DNA of 24,000 nt, taken from assembly GCA_963780135.1 (NCBI GenBank), contig CAWAAR010000003.1:3709701-3733700 (forward strand), written 5' to 3'. Below, one piece after another: positions 16,565 to 24,000 of this stretch (positions within the stretch are counted from its first letter, which is position 1; each line of letters starts with the position of its first letter). The position numbers were made by a program, and so were the translations under genes. The notes under the pieces are model-generated. The model was not told the origin of the DNA. It was given only the letters and a program-made list of their open reading frames with translations, and searched no databases. The stretch comes from an uncultured Clostridiaceae bacterium. Its GTDB lineage: Bacteria > Bacillota > Clostridia > Clostridiales > Clostridiaceae.

Positions 16565-17986
16565 TCATACTGTTTCTATTTCCACTATCACCTTGGCTCC
16601 ACCTTTTTCATTATTTTTAACTTCAATACTTCCATTAAATTTATCTACTAAAGTTTTAACTATGTAAAGACCAAGTCCTGAGTGACCTTTTTCCTTTGAT
16701 CTTGATTCATCACCTTGATAAAATTTCTTAAAAATACTCCGAGTATCCTTGCTTGAAAATCCGCAACCTGTATCTGAAATGGAAAAAATCATTTTTTCTT
16801 CAGTTAAAGTTAAATTTAAATCTATACTTCCTCCTTCTGGAGTAAATCTTATACTATTAGAAATTAAATTATCTAGTATTTGAGAAAGTACATAACAATC
16901 CATATTTATTAGACTACTGCTTCTTTCGTCCCGAATTATACACTGAAAATTTATTTTTTTATTTTCTGTGAGTATATTATAATCAAAAGTTTTATCATTT
17001 ATAAATTCAATTATATTGCACTTTTTAAATTTAAGAGTAAAATCTGATTTTTCAATTTTAGTCAAAATATTCATTTTTTCTATTAGTTTAGTCATTCTAT
17101 CTGCATTCTTATTAATTAAACCTAAATATCTGTAAACTTTATCTTCTTCCAATCTTTTACTATCTATAAGACCTTCAACATGACCTTTAATTATAGTAAT
17201 TGGTGTTTTTAAATCATGAGCAATTGCAGATACCATTTCTTTTCTTTCTTGTTCCATTTGCCACTGCTGATTTAAAGATTTTTTAAGCTCAGATCTCATT
17301 TCCTCAAAGGATTTACAAAGCTTTCCTAATTCATCTTTACTATTGTAATTTATAGTAAAATCTAAATCTTTATTTTTTATTTTTTCAGCACCATCCATAA
17401 GCTGCTTTAAGGGTATTTTTAATTTTTTATTAAGTCTAGATGCAAAAATAGCAGTAAAAATTATAATATATATAAATGGAGATAAAATCATTATATTTTC
17501 TGAATACTTAACTATCCAATTATATTTAGGGTTAGAAGCACTACTTCTTAAATAATACTTAAAAATAACCATTCCTTGTACTTTACTTTTATATATAATA
17601 GGTACATATTTTATCATCTTTGGCGAGCTGCTTTTATCAATTTCAGCTTCTTTTCTTAATTTAACTGGATTAGGTACAATGTTTTCTTTAAAATATCCAT
17701 ATAATAATTCTCCTTTTGAATCTACTACTTCATATTCTATTCCTTGAAGAGATATTTTACTTTCCAAATTCTTTTTGAAATCCTTATTTAAAACTTTTTC
17801 TTTGTTTTCATTTATATATTTTTCAGCCTCTGGAACAAGGGCTTCATAATAGTTTGATTGTAATATTATACCTTTTTCTGTTAGCTTTAAATCTATGTAA
17901 ATTCCTACAAAAGTAAATACTATGCTCAAAATTAATACTGACAATATAGAAATAATAAATTGTTTTTTCAAAGTAATATTTTTCAT
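16565..17986 (-). CDS. Membrane sensor histidine kinase (TM-HAMP-HisKA-HATPase_c)
   Basis: Two TM segments; AIAHDLKTPITIIKGHVEGLID (H-box); LDNLISNSIRFTPEGG (N-box); FSISDTGCGFSSKD; GHSGLGLYIVKTLVDKFNG. Confidence 0.93.
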   Translation of the reverse strand: MKNITLKKQFIISILSVLILSIVFTFVGIYIDLKLTEKGIILQSNYYEALVPEAEKYINENKEKVLNKDFKKNLESKISLQGIEYEVVDSKGELLYGYFKENIVPNPVKLRKEAEIDKSSSPKMIKYVPIIYKSKVQGMVIFKYYLRSSASNPKYNWIVKYSENIMILSPFIYIIIFTAIFASRLNKKLKIPLKQLMDGAEKIKNKDLDFTINYNSKDELGKLCKSFEEMRSELKKSLNQQWQMEQERKEMVSAIAHDLKTPITIIKGHVEGLIDSKRLEEDKVYRYLGLINKNADRMTKLIEKMNILTKIEKSDFTLKFKKCNIIEFINDKTFDYNILTENKKINFQCIIRDERSSSLINMDCYVLSQILDNLISNSIRFTPEGGSIDLNLTLTEEKMIFSISDTGCGFSSKDTRSIFKKFYQGDESRSKEKGHSGLGLYIVKTLVDKFNGSIEVKNNEKGGAKVIVEIETV

Positions 17987-18004
17987 TTACATCCTACCTT
18001 TTTA

Positions 18005-18047
18005 TTTTTATATACAAAACAAGCAAATTATATTACAATCTGCTTGT
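18005..18047 (-). terminator. Rho-independent terminator after the erythromycin-esterase-like gene
   Basis: Minus-strand ACAAGCAGATT..AATTTGCTTGT followed by a T-rich stretch; 11-bp stem with one wobble. Confidence 0.7.
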
Positions 18048-18058
18048 CTCATAAACAT

Positions 18059-19384
18059 CTAGTTTGGTTCAGAACTATTTGTCTTATCTACATATATTAA
18101 TCCATCATAACATTGATCCAAAATATCAATTTTATAACTTCTATTATCTCCAAGAAAATCAGCACCAAAATCACGACAGCTCTGAGGACTAGATATAAAA
18201 TCCTTAACATATTTATTTTCCCCTGCTGTTTTAAAATCTATAAAAAATAAAGGATTAACTTTAGATAAAACATATGGAACTGATCCTTCTTTTGCTTCGG
18301 GCAAAGTGCATTTCTTAGGAATGCTTGTTTCTTTCTCTTTATTTATGCTTTTATCCACTGCTGTAACAGTACCCTCACTAAACTGAAATCCAATAATATA
18401 TAATTTGTCCTTATACATATCATATAGATTTGAACCCATTCTTTTTACATTATAATCAGGATGGTCTCTATTTTCTAGTTCTTTGCTAACATGTGTATTG
18501 TGCGCCCAAAGCATAATCTTTGCATCCTTACCCTCAAAATCTAATATCCATTTAACATTTTCAGCCATATATTTATCTCTTTTCGTTTCCATTTGAAAGT
18601 TACTTTGCTTTCCACTTAACATATCATAAGCTTGATATATAATGTTTAAATTTTGTTTATACATCTCATATTCTTCTTTAGAAGACTTACTTATATATTC
18701 ATCTTTATTCTTTTCAAATATAGTGATTATTTCTTTAATTTTATCTCCTTTAAGCTGTGTATTATTATCTTGAAACACGTTTGGATTCCTAAACTTTGCA
18801 AGTACATTATCTATTTGACTCTCATAAGTTCCATCCACCTTTTTTAGATATTCTGTAACCTTTGATGCTGCTGTAACAGATGACTGCATATCAAATCCAT
18901 AAAACTTAACTTTTTTAGTATGATTTTTATTATATTCTCTCATCCATTCTACCATATCAACTACTTCCTTTGTATCCCATGTCCAAAATCCCATTCCTTT
19001 AATAACCTGCTTTACATCCCCCTTTCCATATAAAATGTAATCATTAATAGCCATGCAGTCACTCATACATGCTTCTATTCCAAAAACATTATAGCCCTCC
19101 TCTTCTACTAAAAATTCAAACATTCTATGTTTCATTTCAAAAAATTCCTTTGTTCCGTGAGTAGCTTCCCCCATTGCTACAATCTTCTTATCTTTTAATA
19201 TTTTTTTTAAAGGCATTAAATCTTTAAAATCATTTCCTGCCTTTACTGTGTTTATGTATACTGCTTTACCTTTCAAAGCTTGGACATCCTTGTTATCTTT
19301 GTATTTTCTATACTGATTATTCATTGTAAAAACTCCTAAAATCAAAACCAAAGCACAAACTAATATAGTTACTATTTTCTTCAT
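18059..19384 (-). CDS. Erythromycin esterase-like family protein with N-terminal membrane anchor/signal
   Basis: MKKIVTILVCALVLILGVFTM anchor; VAMGEATHGTKEFFEMKHRMFEFLVEEEGYNVFGIEA; KIMLWAHNTHVSKE; Glu/His motif set of the Ere family. Confidence 0.85.
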   Translation of the reverse strand: MKKIVTILVCALVLILGVFTMNNQYRKYKDNKDVQALKGKAVYINTVKAGNDFKDLMPLKKILKDKKIVAMGEATHGTKEFFEMKHRMFEFLVEEEGYNVFGIEACMSDCMAINDYILYGKGDVKQVIKGMGFWTWDTKEVVDMVEWMREYNKNHTKKVKFYGFDMQSSVTAASKVTEYLKKVDGTYESQIDNVLAKFRNPNVFQDNNTQLKGDKIKEIITIFEKNKDEYISKSSKEEYEMYKQNLNIIYQAYDMLSGKQSNFQMETKRDKYMAENVKWILDFEGKDAKIMLWAHNTHVSKELENRDHPDYNVKRMGSNLYDMYKDKLYIIGFQFSEGTVTAVDKSINKEKETSIPKKCTLPEAKEGSVPYVLSKVNPLFFIDFKTAGENKYVKDFISSPQSCRDFGADFLGDNRSYKIDILDQCYDGLIYVDKTNSSEPN

Positions 19385-19457
19385 TTAAAGCACTCCCTCA
19401 TATAAATTAATAATTCAAATTTGTTAATTTCAAAATTAATCACAAAATAAGCATAAT

Positions 19458-19741
19458 GCGAAGCATTTTTTTTGAGAGGACAGAGGACAGTGAAGGAGGA
19501 TTTTTCTCCGCTACACTACGAAAAATCTTTAATTTAAAAGAAACTCCTGCTCTTTTGTTTCTCAGGGCTACTCTCTGAGTAAGCGATTATATGAAAATCA
19601 TAGATTTTAGATGCCTTCTTAAGCTATGTTTTGCATTAGCAAAACAAGCCTAAAAAATAAATTAGTTTTCCGACGTAAGGAAGAAAACTTACCTTCACTG
19701 TCCTCTGTCCTATGTCAATTGTCCTCTAAAAAATGCTTCGC
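19458..19741. mobile_element. MITE-like non-coding element with imperfect terminal inverted repeats and serial internal hairpins
   Basis: Left end GCGAAGCATTTTTTTTGAGAGGACAGAGGACAGTGAAGG; reverse complement of right end GCGAAGCATTTTTTAGAGGACAATTGACATAGGACAGAGGACAGTGAAGG. Internal stems GATTTTTC/GAAAAATC, CTCAG/CTGAG, AAAATC/GATTTT, GTTTTGC/GCAAAAC, AGTTTTC/GAAAACT. Confidence 0.75.
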
Positions 19742-19760
19742 AATTTTTTTAAATTCACTA

Positions 19761-20534
19761 TCAATAAGGATAATCTTTTTTCATCCACACACCCATACTT
19801 ATAGCAAGTCCAGCTATTATTCCTAATACAATGGTAATGTGATTACTTAATGGTGCCATGTGTCCTAAAGTATAAAAACAATATTTAGCAGTTCTCCATA
19901 AAAAGTCGAATGCTTTCATAAAGTAGACTAAAATTACAATAGATCCAATTACAGAAAAGATTGAAATTATAGGATTAGGTATTATAACCGAAATAACAGA
20001 TGCTATAGAAAGAATAAATAATGCTACTAAAAACTGTACCATGTAAAACCTTATAATATATAATAAAGCTCCTAAAGAATTAAAGCTTTGCTGTATATTA
20101 TAAAATTTAACAGTTGACACCTTGGGCATAAACAAATATCCAAAAACAGTACTAACTACAAATGTTGTAAATAGTAATATAAGTGTAGTTAAAGCTAAGC
20201 TTATCCATTTTGATATTATAAATTCATACTTTTTATAAGGTCTTGTCATATACATTCTAAAAGCCCCTATGGTTTGTTCATAACTTATTGAATCGATAAA
20301 TATAACAGGTAACACTATGTATAGCAACATTAAATCTACTTCCTGACACACAAAAGGTGAAAAATTTAATGAATTTAGCTTTACGCTATAATCCACTGCA
20401 TTATAAGATCCTGCTGGGCTCATTAATCTAAATACACAATTTATTATTGTAGATATTATAGTTAATGCTAGTAATACACTTGTTTTTTTGTTAAGCCATA
20501 TTCTTTGTAATTCAGATATTATCAGTTTTTTCAT
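19761..20534 (-). CDS. ABC-2 type transporter permease
   Basis: MKKLIISELQRIWLNKKTSVLLALTII.. with six or so TM segments; ATG at 20534 with GGAGG upstream preferred over the ORF-track start at 20618, which would overlap the upstream gene. Confidence 0.85.
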   Translation of the reverse strand: MKKLIISELQRIWLNKKTSVLLALTIISTIINCVFRLMSPAGSYNAVDYSVKLNSLNFSPFVCQEVDLMLLYIVLPVIFIDSISYEQTIGAFRMYMTRPYKKYEFIISKWISLALTTLILLFTTFVVSTVFGYLFMPKVSTVKFYNIQQSFNSLGALLYIIRFYMVQFLVALFILSIASVISVIIPNPIISIFSVIGSIVILVYFMKAFDFLWRTAKYCFYTLGHMAPLSNHITIVLGIIAGLAISMGVWMKKDYPY

Positions 20535-20547
20535 GTTAATTCCTCCC

Positions 20548-21360
20548 TTATATATAACAGTCTTGATCATTAAGTAAAGTAAATGCAATTGAAAAAAATA
20601 CTCCAATATATAAAGCAATTATAAATATTATTAATCCTACATCTTGTGGATTTTGTGCAAGCACGCTTAATATACCATGATCTTCAATTGATACTAAAGA
20701 TGGATAATCTATTATTGGACTCATTTTATTTAAGAATAATTCACATATTGTTGGATAAAGTACTGATGTCACTATAAAAGTTAAACTTCCTGCAACTGCA
20801 CCTGTAGTAGTCTTACAATTTATACATATAAACATGATAACTGATGCCACAGCAGTTAATGTTATAAATGCAATAATATAATACTTAAGGTTATATAAAA
20901 TACCTTCACTTACTGTAAAAGAATATCTGTAACTTATAAAATTAGATGTTTTATGTGGGAAATACAAACATCCTAAAACAGTACTTATAACAAAATGAGT
21001 ACTTAAAAATATGAATACGGTACTTAAAATTACCAAAAACTTTGCTTTCATTATGTCTCCAAAGGATACTGCCCTTATCATAATCATTCTTAATTGTCCA
21101 CTTCTATATTCACTAGTTAAGGACATGATTATTAGAAGTATAACCACAATATTAAAAAACATCAAAAGATTTATCCTAAGTACTGCACTTGGGAATTTTA
21201 AAAATGTAATATATTCAGCATTACCAGATGTAAATTTAAGATTTGATTTAAGATAATATTTAACAAACATAAATACTATAATTGGTATTAAACCAAAACA
21301 AGACCAGGTAGACTTTCTATTCCACATTCTCTGCCATTCACTTAAAAATAGTTGTTTCAT
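20548..21360 (-). CDS. ABC-2 type transporter permease
   Basis: MKQLFLSEWQRMWNRKSTWSCFGLIPIIVFM..; multiple TM segments; paralogous layout to the downstream permease. Confidence 0.85.
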   Translation of the reverse strand: MKQLFLSEWQRMWNRKSTWSCFGLIPIIVFMFVKYYLKSNLKFTSGNAEYITFLKFPSAVLRINLLMFFNIVVILLIIMSLTSEYRSGQLRMIMIRAVSFGDIMKAKFLVILSTVFIFLSTHFVISTVLGCLYFPHKTSNFISYRYSFTVSEGILYNLKYYIIAFITLTAVASVIMFICINCKTTTGAVAGSLTFIVTSVLYPTICELFLNKMSPIIDYPSLVSIEDHGILSVLAQNPQDVGLIIFIIALYIGVFFSIAFTLLNDQDCYI

Positions 21361-21385
21361 TTATTATTCCTCCCTTTAATTGTCA

Positions 21386-22123
21386 CTAATCTTCAAATAA
21401 CCTGATAAATGCATCCTCTAACCTTCCGCTTTCCCCTGAGCTTTTTAACAATTCTTCCTTGCTCCCCTGCCATATAACCTGTCCCTTATTTATTGCAATA
21501 AACCTATTACACATCTGCTGAAGTTCATCTAAAAGATGACTTGATATAAAAAACGTTATTTTTTTTTCTTCTCTAAGTTTTAAAATAAGTTGTCTTAAAT
21601 CCCTCATTCCCATAGGATCAAGTCCATTAGCTGGCTCATCTAAGATAACTATTTCAGGATTATTTAAAAGTGCTTGAGCAATACCTAATCTTTGTTTCAT
21701 CCCTAGAGAATAAGTTTTAACTTTGTCATCTCCTCTATCTTCTAGATCAACTATTTTTAGTACCTCTTCAACTTTTTCTCTTTGCTCTTCCTTTACCATG
21801 TTAGGATTTAGCATTGCTAAGTTTCTTAAATTTTGTCTACCTGTCATATAGGGGAAAAATATTGGTTCTTCAACAATTGCTCCAAGCTTAATAAGTGCAG
21901 CCTTTCTATCTTCATTAACATTTACTCCTGTTATATTTACTTCACCTTCTGTAGGTGAAATTAAATTTGTTAAAACCCTTATTAATGTGGTTTTTCCTGC
22001 ACCATTAGGTCCTATAAAGCCGCATATATCTCCTTCATAAACATCAAAAGAAATATCTTCTAATATAGTTCTCTTTCCTATTTTTTTAGTAATATTTTTA
22101 ACTTCAATTTTTTTGTTTAACAT
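21386..22123 (-). CDS. ABC transporter ATP-binding protein (BcrA/LanF-type)
   Basis: GFIGPNGAGKTTLIRVLTNL (Walker A); YSLGMKQRLGIAQALLNNPEIVILDEPANGLDPMGMRDLR (signature, Walker B). Confidence 0.95.
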   Translation of the reverse strand: MLNKKIEVKNITKKIGKRTILEDISFDVYEGDICGFIGPNGAGKTTLIRVLTNLISPTEGEVNITGVNVNEDRKAALIKLGAIVEEPIFFPYMTGRQNLRNLAMLNPNMVKEEQREKVEEVLKIVDLEDRGDDKVKTYSLGMKQRLGIAQALLNNPEIVILDEPANGLDPMGMRDLRQLILKLREEKKITFFISSHLLDELQQMCNRFIAINKGQVIWQGSKEELLKSSGESGRLEDAFIRLFED

Positions 22124-22245
22124 CTTAAATGCCTCCTAAATTTTTAATCATTGTTGGAACTTTATGTTTTTCATTACTCTTTATTAATGGAAATCTTTAC
22201 TGCTCCTTAATTTTAATAGGTATTTTTAAAGTTTTTATAAACTTT

Positions 22246-22291
22246 TCAAAAAATAAAAAGCTTGCATCTTTAAATTAAAAGATACAAACTT
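22246..22291 (-). terminator. Rho-independent terminator downstream of the OmpR-type regulator
   Basis: Minus-strand AAGTTTGTATCTTT TAATTT AAAGATGCAAGCTTTTTATTTTTT; stem with G-T wobbles and a T tract. Confidence 0.75.
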
Positions 22292-22395
22292 AACCATTTA
22301 ACATTCATATTCTAAATTTTTGCAACAACTTCTGCTGACTTGTTTACACTTTTTACTTTGTTACTGTTTTTACACATATATAACAATTTAAGTGG

Positions 22396-23079
22396 CTAAC
22401 TTTCCCACTTATATCCTACTCCCCATACAGTAGAAACATATTCTCTGTCTTTATCGTATTTTTTTAGCTTACATCGTATTTTCTTTACATGTTCGGCTAC
22501 TGTTGCTGAATCTCCTTCTGCATCATAGCCCCATATTTTTTCATATATTTGTTCTTTTGAAAATACTTGTCCACAATTCACTGATAGAAATTCTATTATC
22601 TCAAATTCTTTTTTAGTCAAAACCACAGCTTTTCCCTTACAATACAACGTTCTTCCCTTTAAATCTATATTTAAATCTCCAAAATATAAATTAACTTTGT
22701 TTTCATTATTAAAGCTTCTTTGGTCTCTTCTTAAATGCGCACTTATCCTTGCTTTTAATTGTCTTAAACTAAAAGGCTTAGAAATATAATCATCTCCACC
22801 TGCTCCAAGTCCCCTAATTATATCCTCATCTTCTCCTTTTGCGGTTAAAAAAATAATAGGACAGTCTACTCTATCTCTTATTTCTCTACATATTTCATAT
22901 CCGCTTTTATCTGGCATCATAACATCTAATAATATTAAATCAGGACAAAGCTTTATTCTTTCAACAGCTTCATTGCCGTTATATGCAGTGAAGACTTCAT
23001 AATCTTCATCTTGCAGTGAGTCCTTTAAGAATGAAATTATGTCCTCTTCATCATCTACAATTAATATCTTTTCATTCAA
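22396..23079 (-). CDS. OmpR/PhoB-family response regulator
   Basis: MNEKILIVDDEEDIISFLKDSLQDEDYEVFTAYNG..LILLDVMMPDKSGYEICREIR; winged helix LTKKEFEIIEFLSVNCGQVFSKEQIYEKIWGYDAEGDSATVAEHVKKIRCKLKK. Confidence 0.95.
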   Translation of the reverse strand: MNEKILIVDDEEDIISFLKDSLQDEDYEVFTAYNGNEAVERIKLCPDLILLDVMMPDKSGYEICREIRDRVDCPIIFLTAKGEDEDIIRGLGAGGDDYISKPFSLRQLKARISAHLRRDQRSFNNENKVNLYFGDLNIDLKGRTLYCKGKAVVLTKKEFEIIEFLSVNCGQVFSKEQIYEKIWGYDAEGDSATVAEHVKKIRCKLKKYDKDREYVSTVWGVGYKWES

Positions 23080-23118
23080 TATTTATCACATCCAACCTTA
23101 TATAAAATAATCAGTATA

Positions 23119-23703
23119 CTATAGGACAAATAAGTCGTTGTTTTTGTCAGAATTCCAAACATATTCAATACTTTCAGCAATATCCGTTGCTTTTTTAAAA
23201 CCAATTCTATCTGCTACAAAGCCTAAAGCCATATCTATACCTGCTGATATACCAGAGGAAGTATAAAACTTACCATCTGCTACCCATCTAGCACGATTTA
23301 TCCACTGAACATTAGGATTCATAGATTTTACCCATTCAAAAGCTCTCTTATTTGAAGTTGCCTTTAGACCATTTAATAGATTTGTTTTAGCAAGTAATGC
23401 AGAGCCTGTACATACAGTAAGACAATATTTTGACTGAGTAGCAATTGTAGTTAGCTTTTCAATAAAATCACTATCATTAACCAAAGGCCTTGTGCCTTGT
23501 CCACCTGGAACAAATATTATACCTGAAAAATCAGCATCTTTTAGTGGTTCAGTTATAATTTGTGTACCTTGTTTGCTTAAAATAATACCGCCATCTACAG
23601 AAAAGTAACGTAGATTGTATTCTTCAACTTGACCCAGTATTTCAACTGCACCAAATGTATCCAATGTTTCAAAATCAGAAAATAATAAAATATTTACATC
23701 CAT
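23119..23703 (-). CDS. DJ-1/PfpI family protein
   Basis: MDVNILLFSDFETLDTFGAVEILGQ..GIIFVPGGQGTRPLV..YCLTVCTGSALLAKTNLLNGLKATSNKRAFEWVK; nucleophile-elbow Cys in VCTGS. Confidence 0.88.
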   Translation of the reverse strand: MDVNILLFSDFETLDTFGAVEILGQVEEYNLRYFSVDGGIILSKQGTQIITEPLKDADFSGIIFVPGGQGTRPLVNDSDFIEKLTTIATQSKYCLTVCTGSALLAKTNLLNGLKATSNKRAFEWVKSMNPNVQWINRARWVADGKFYTSSGISAGIDMALGFVADRIGFKKATDIAESIEYVWNSDKNNDLFVL

Positions 23704-24000
23704 AAAATATCTTCCCTTCTTTTCTTAAATAAAATAAAATTCATTACAACTCATTTTATCATAACACAGAATCACATCAATTTCTTAACGTGCAAACAAT
23801 GGATACATTTTCTTAACTTCTAAAAGTGTATATATTGTATATATTATAGTAACACCGTCTTATTTCTAGTCCTTAACCATTCTAAAATATATTGGAATCT
23901 TCTCTGGTTTTTCAACATGTATAAATCAAATAATGTTTTAAGCGAAAGAAAATAATTTTAAACAAATTTAAACGGCATCAGTCCTATAGAGTTAAAGACT

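Noticed and set aside
18653-18847. Plus-strand ORF of 64 aa
   Set aside because: Antisense to the erythromycin-esterase-like gene; no support.
19626-19826. Plus-strand ORF of 66 aa overlapping the repeat element
   Set aside because: Runs from the element across its inverted repeat into the permease gene; unlikely to be a transposase or real gene.
21011-21256. Plus-strand ORF of 81 aa
   Set aside because: Antisense to the ABC permease gene.
23820-24000. AT-rich region at the right edge considered for a riboswitch or gene end
   Set aside because: No recognisable aptamer motif or supported ORF; too close to the window edge to judge.

Overview
Low-GC Firmicute (Clostridium-like) chromosomal window dominated by signal transduction genes. 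The centrepiece is a compact, mostly minus-strand operon (about 6.1-11.8 kb) that encodes a complete stressosome partner-switching core: RsbR-like PAS-STAS, RsbS-like STAS, RsbT-like kinase and RsbX-like phosphatase. It has no sigma-B, RsbV/RsbW or RsbU in the window. Instead it runs directly into a hybrid histidine kinase, whose N-terminus looks like a degenerate RsbT-type domain, and a receiver-histidine kinase protein. A divergent gene encodes a receiver-HD-GYP protein whose receiver is about 80% identical (counted by eye) to that of the receiver-kinase. This suggests stressosome -> phosphorelay -> c-di-GMP output. The left flank carries an AraC-type response regulator, two chemotaxis-type transducers (one soluble with a PocR-like sensor), a PAS-GGDEF protein, and a truncated YuxH-like EAL/HDOD protein at the edge. 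The right flank carries a 4-oxalocrotonate tautomerase-like protein, a DUF2167-like membrane protein with a 14-aa repeat tail, an AlkD-like protein, a small exported protein, a sensor kinase, a membrane-anchored erythromycin-esterase-like protein, an ABC-2 exporter (two permeases and an ATPase), an OmpR-type regulator and a DJ-1/PfpI protein. A 284-bp MITE-like element with terminal inverted repeats and a series of internal hairpins lies at 19458-19741, and a partial relic of its end lies at 12071-12112 in the divergent promoter region of the stressosome locus. All calls come from reading the sequence and ORF translations; no database search was run.
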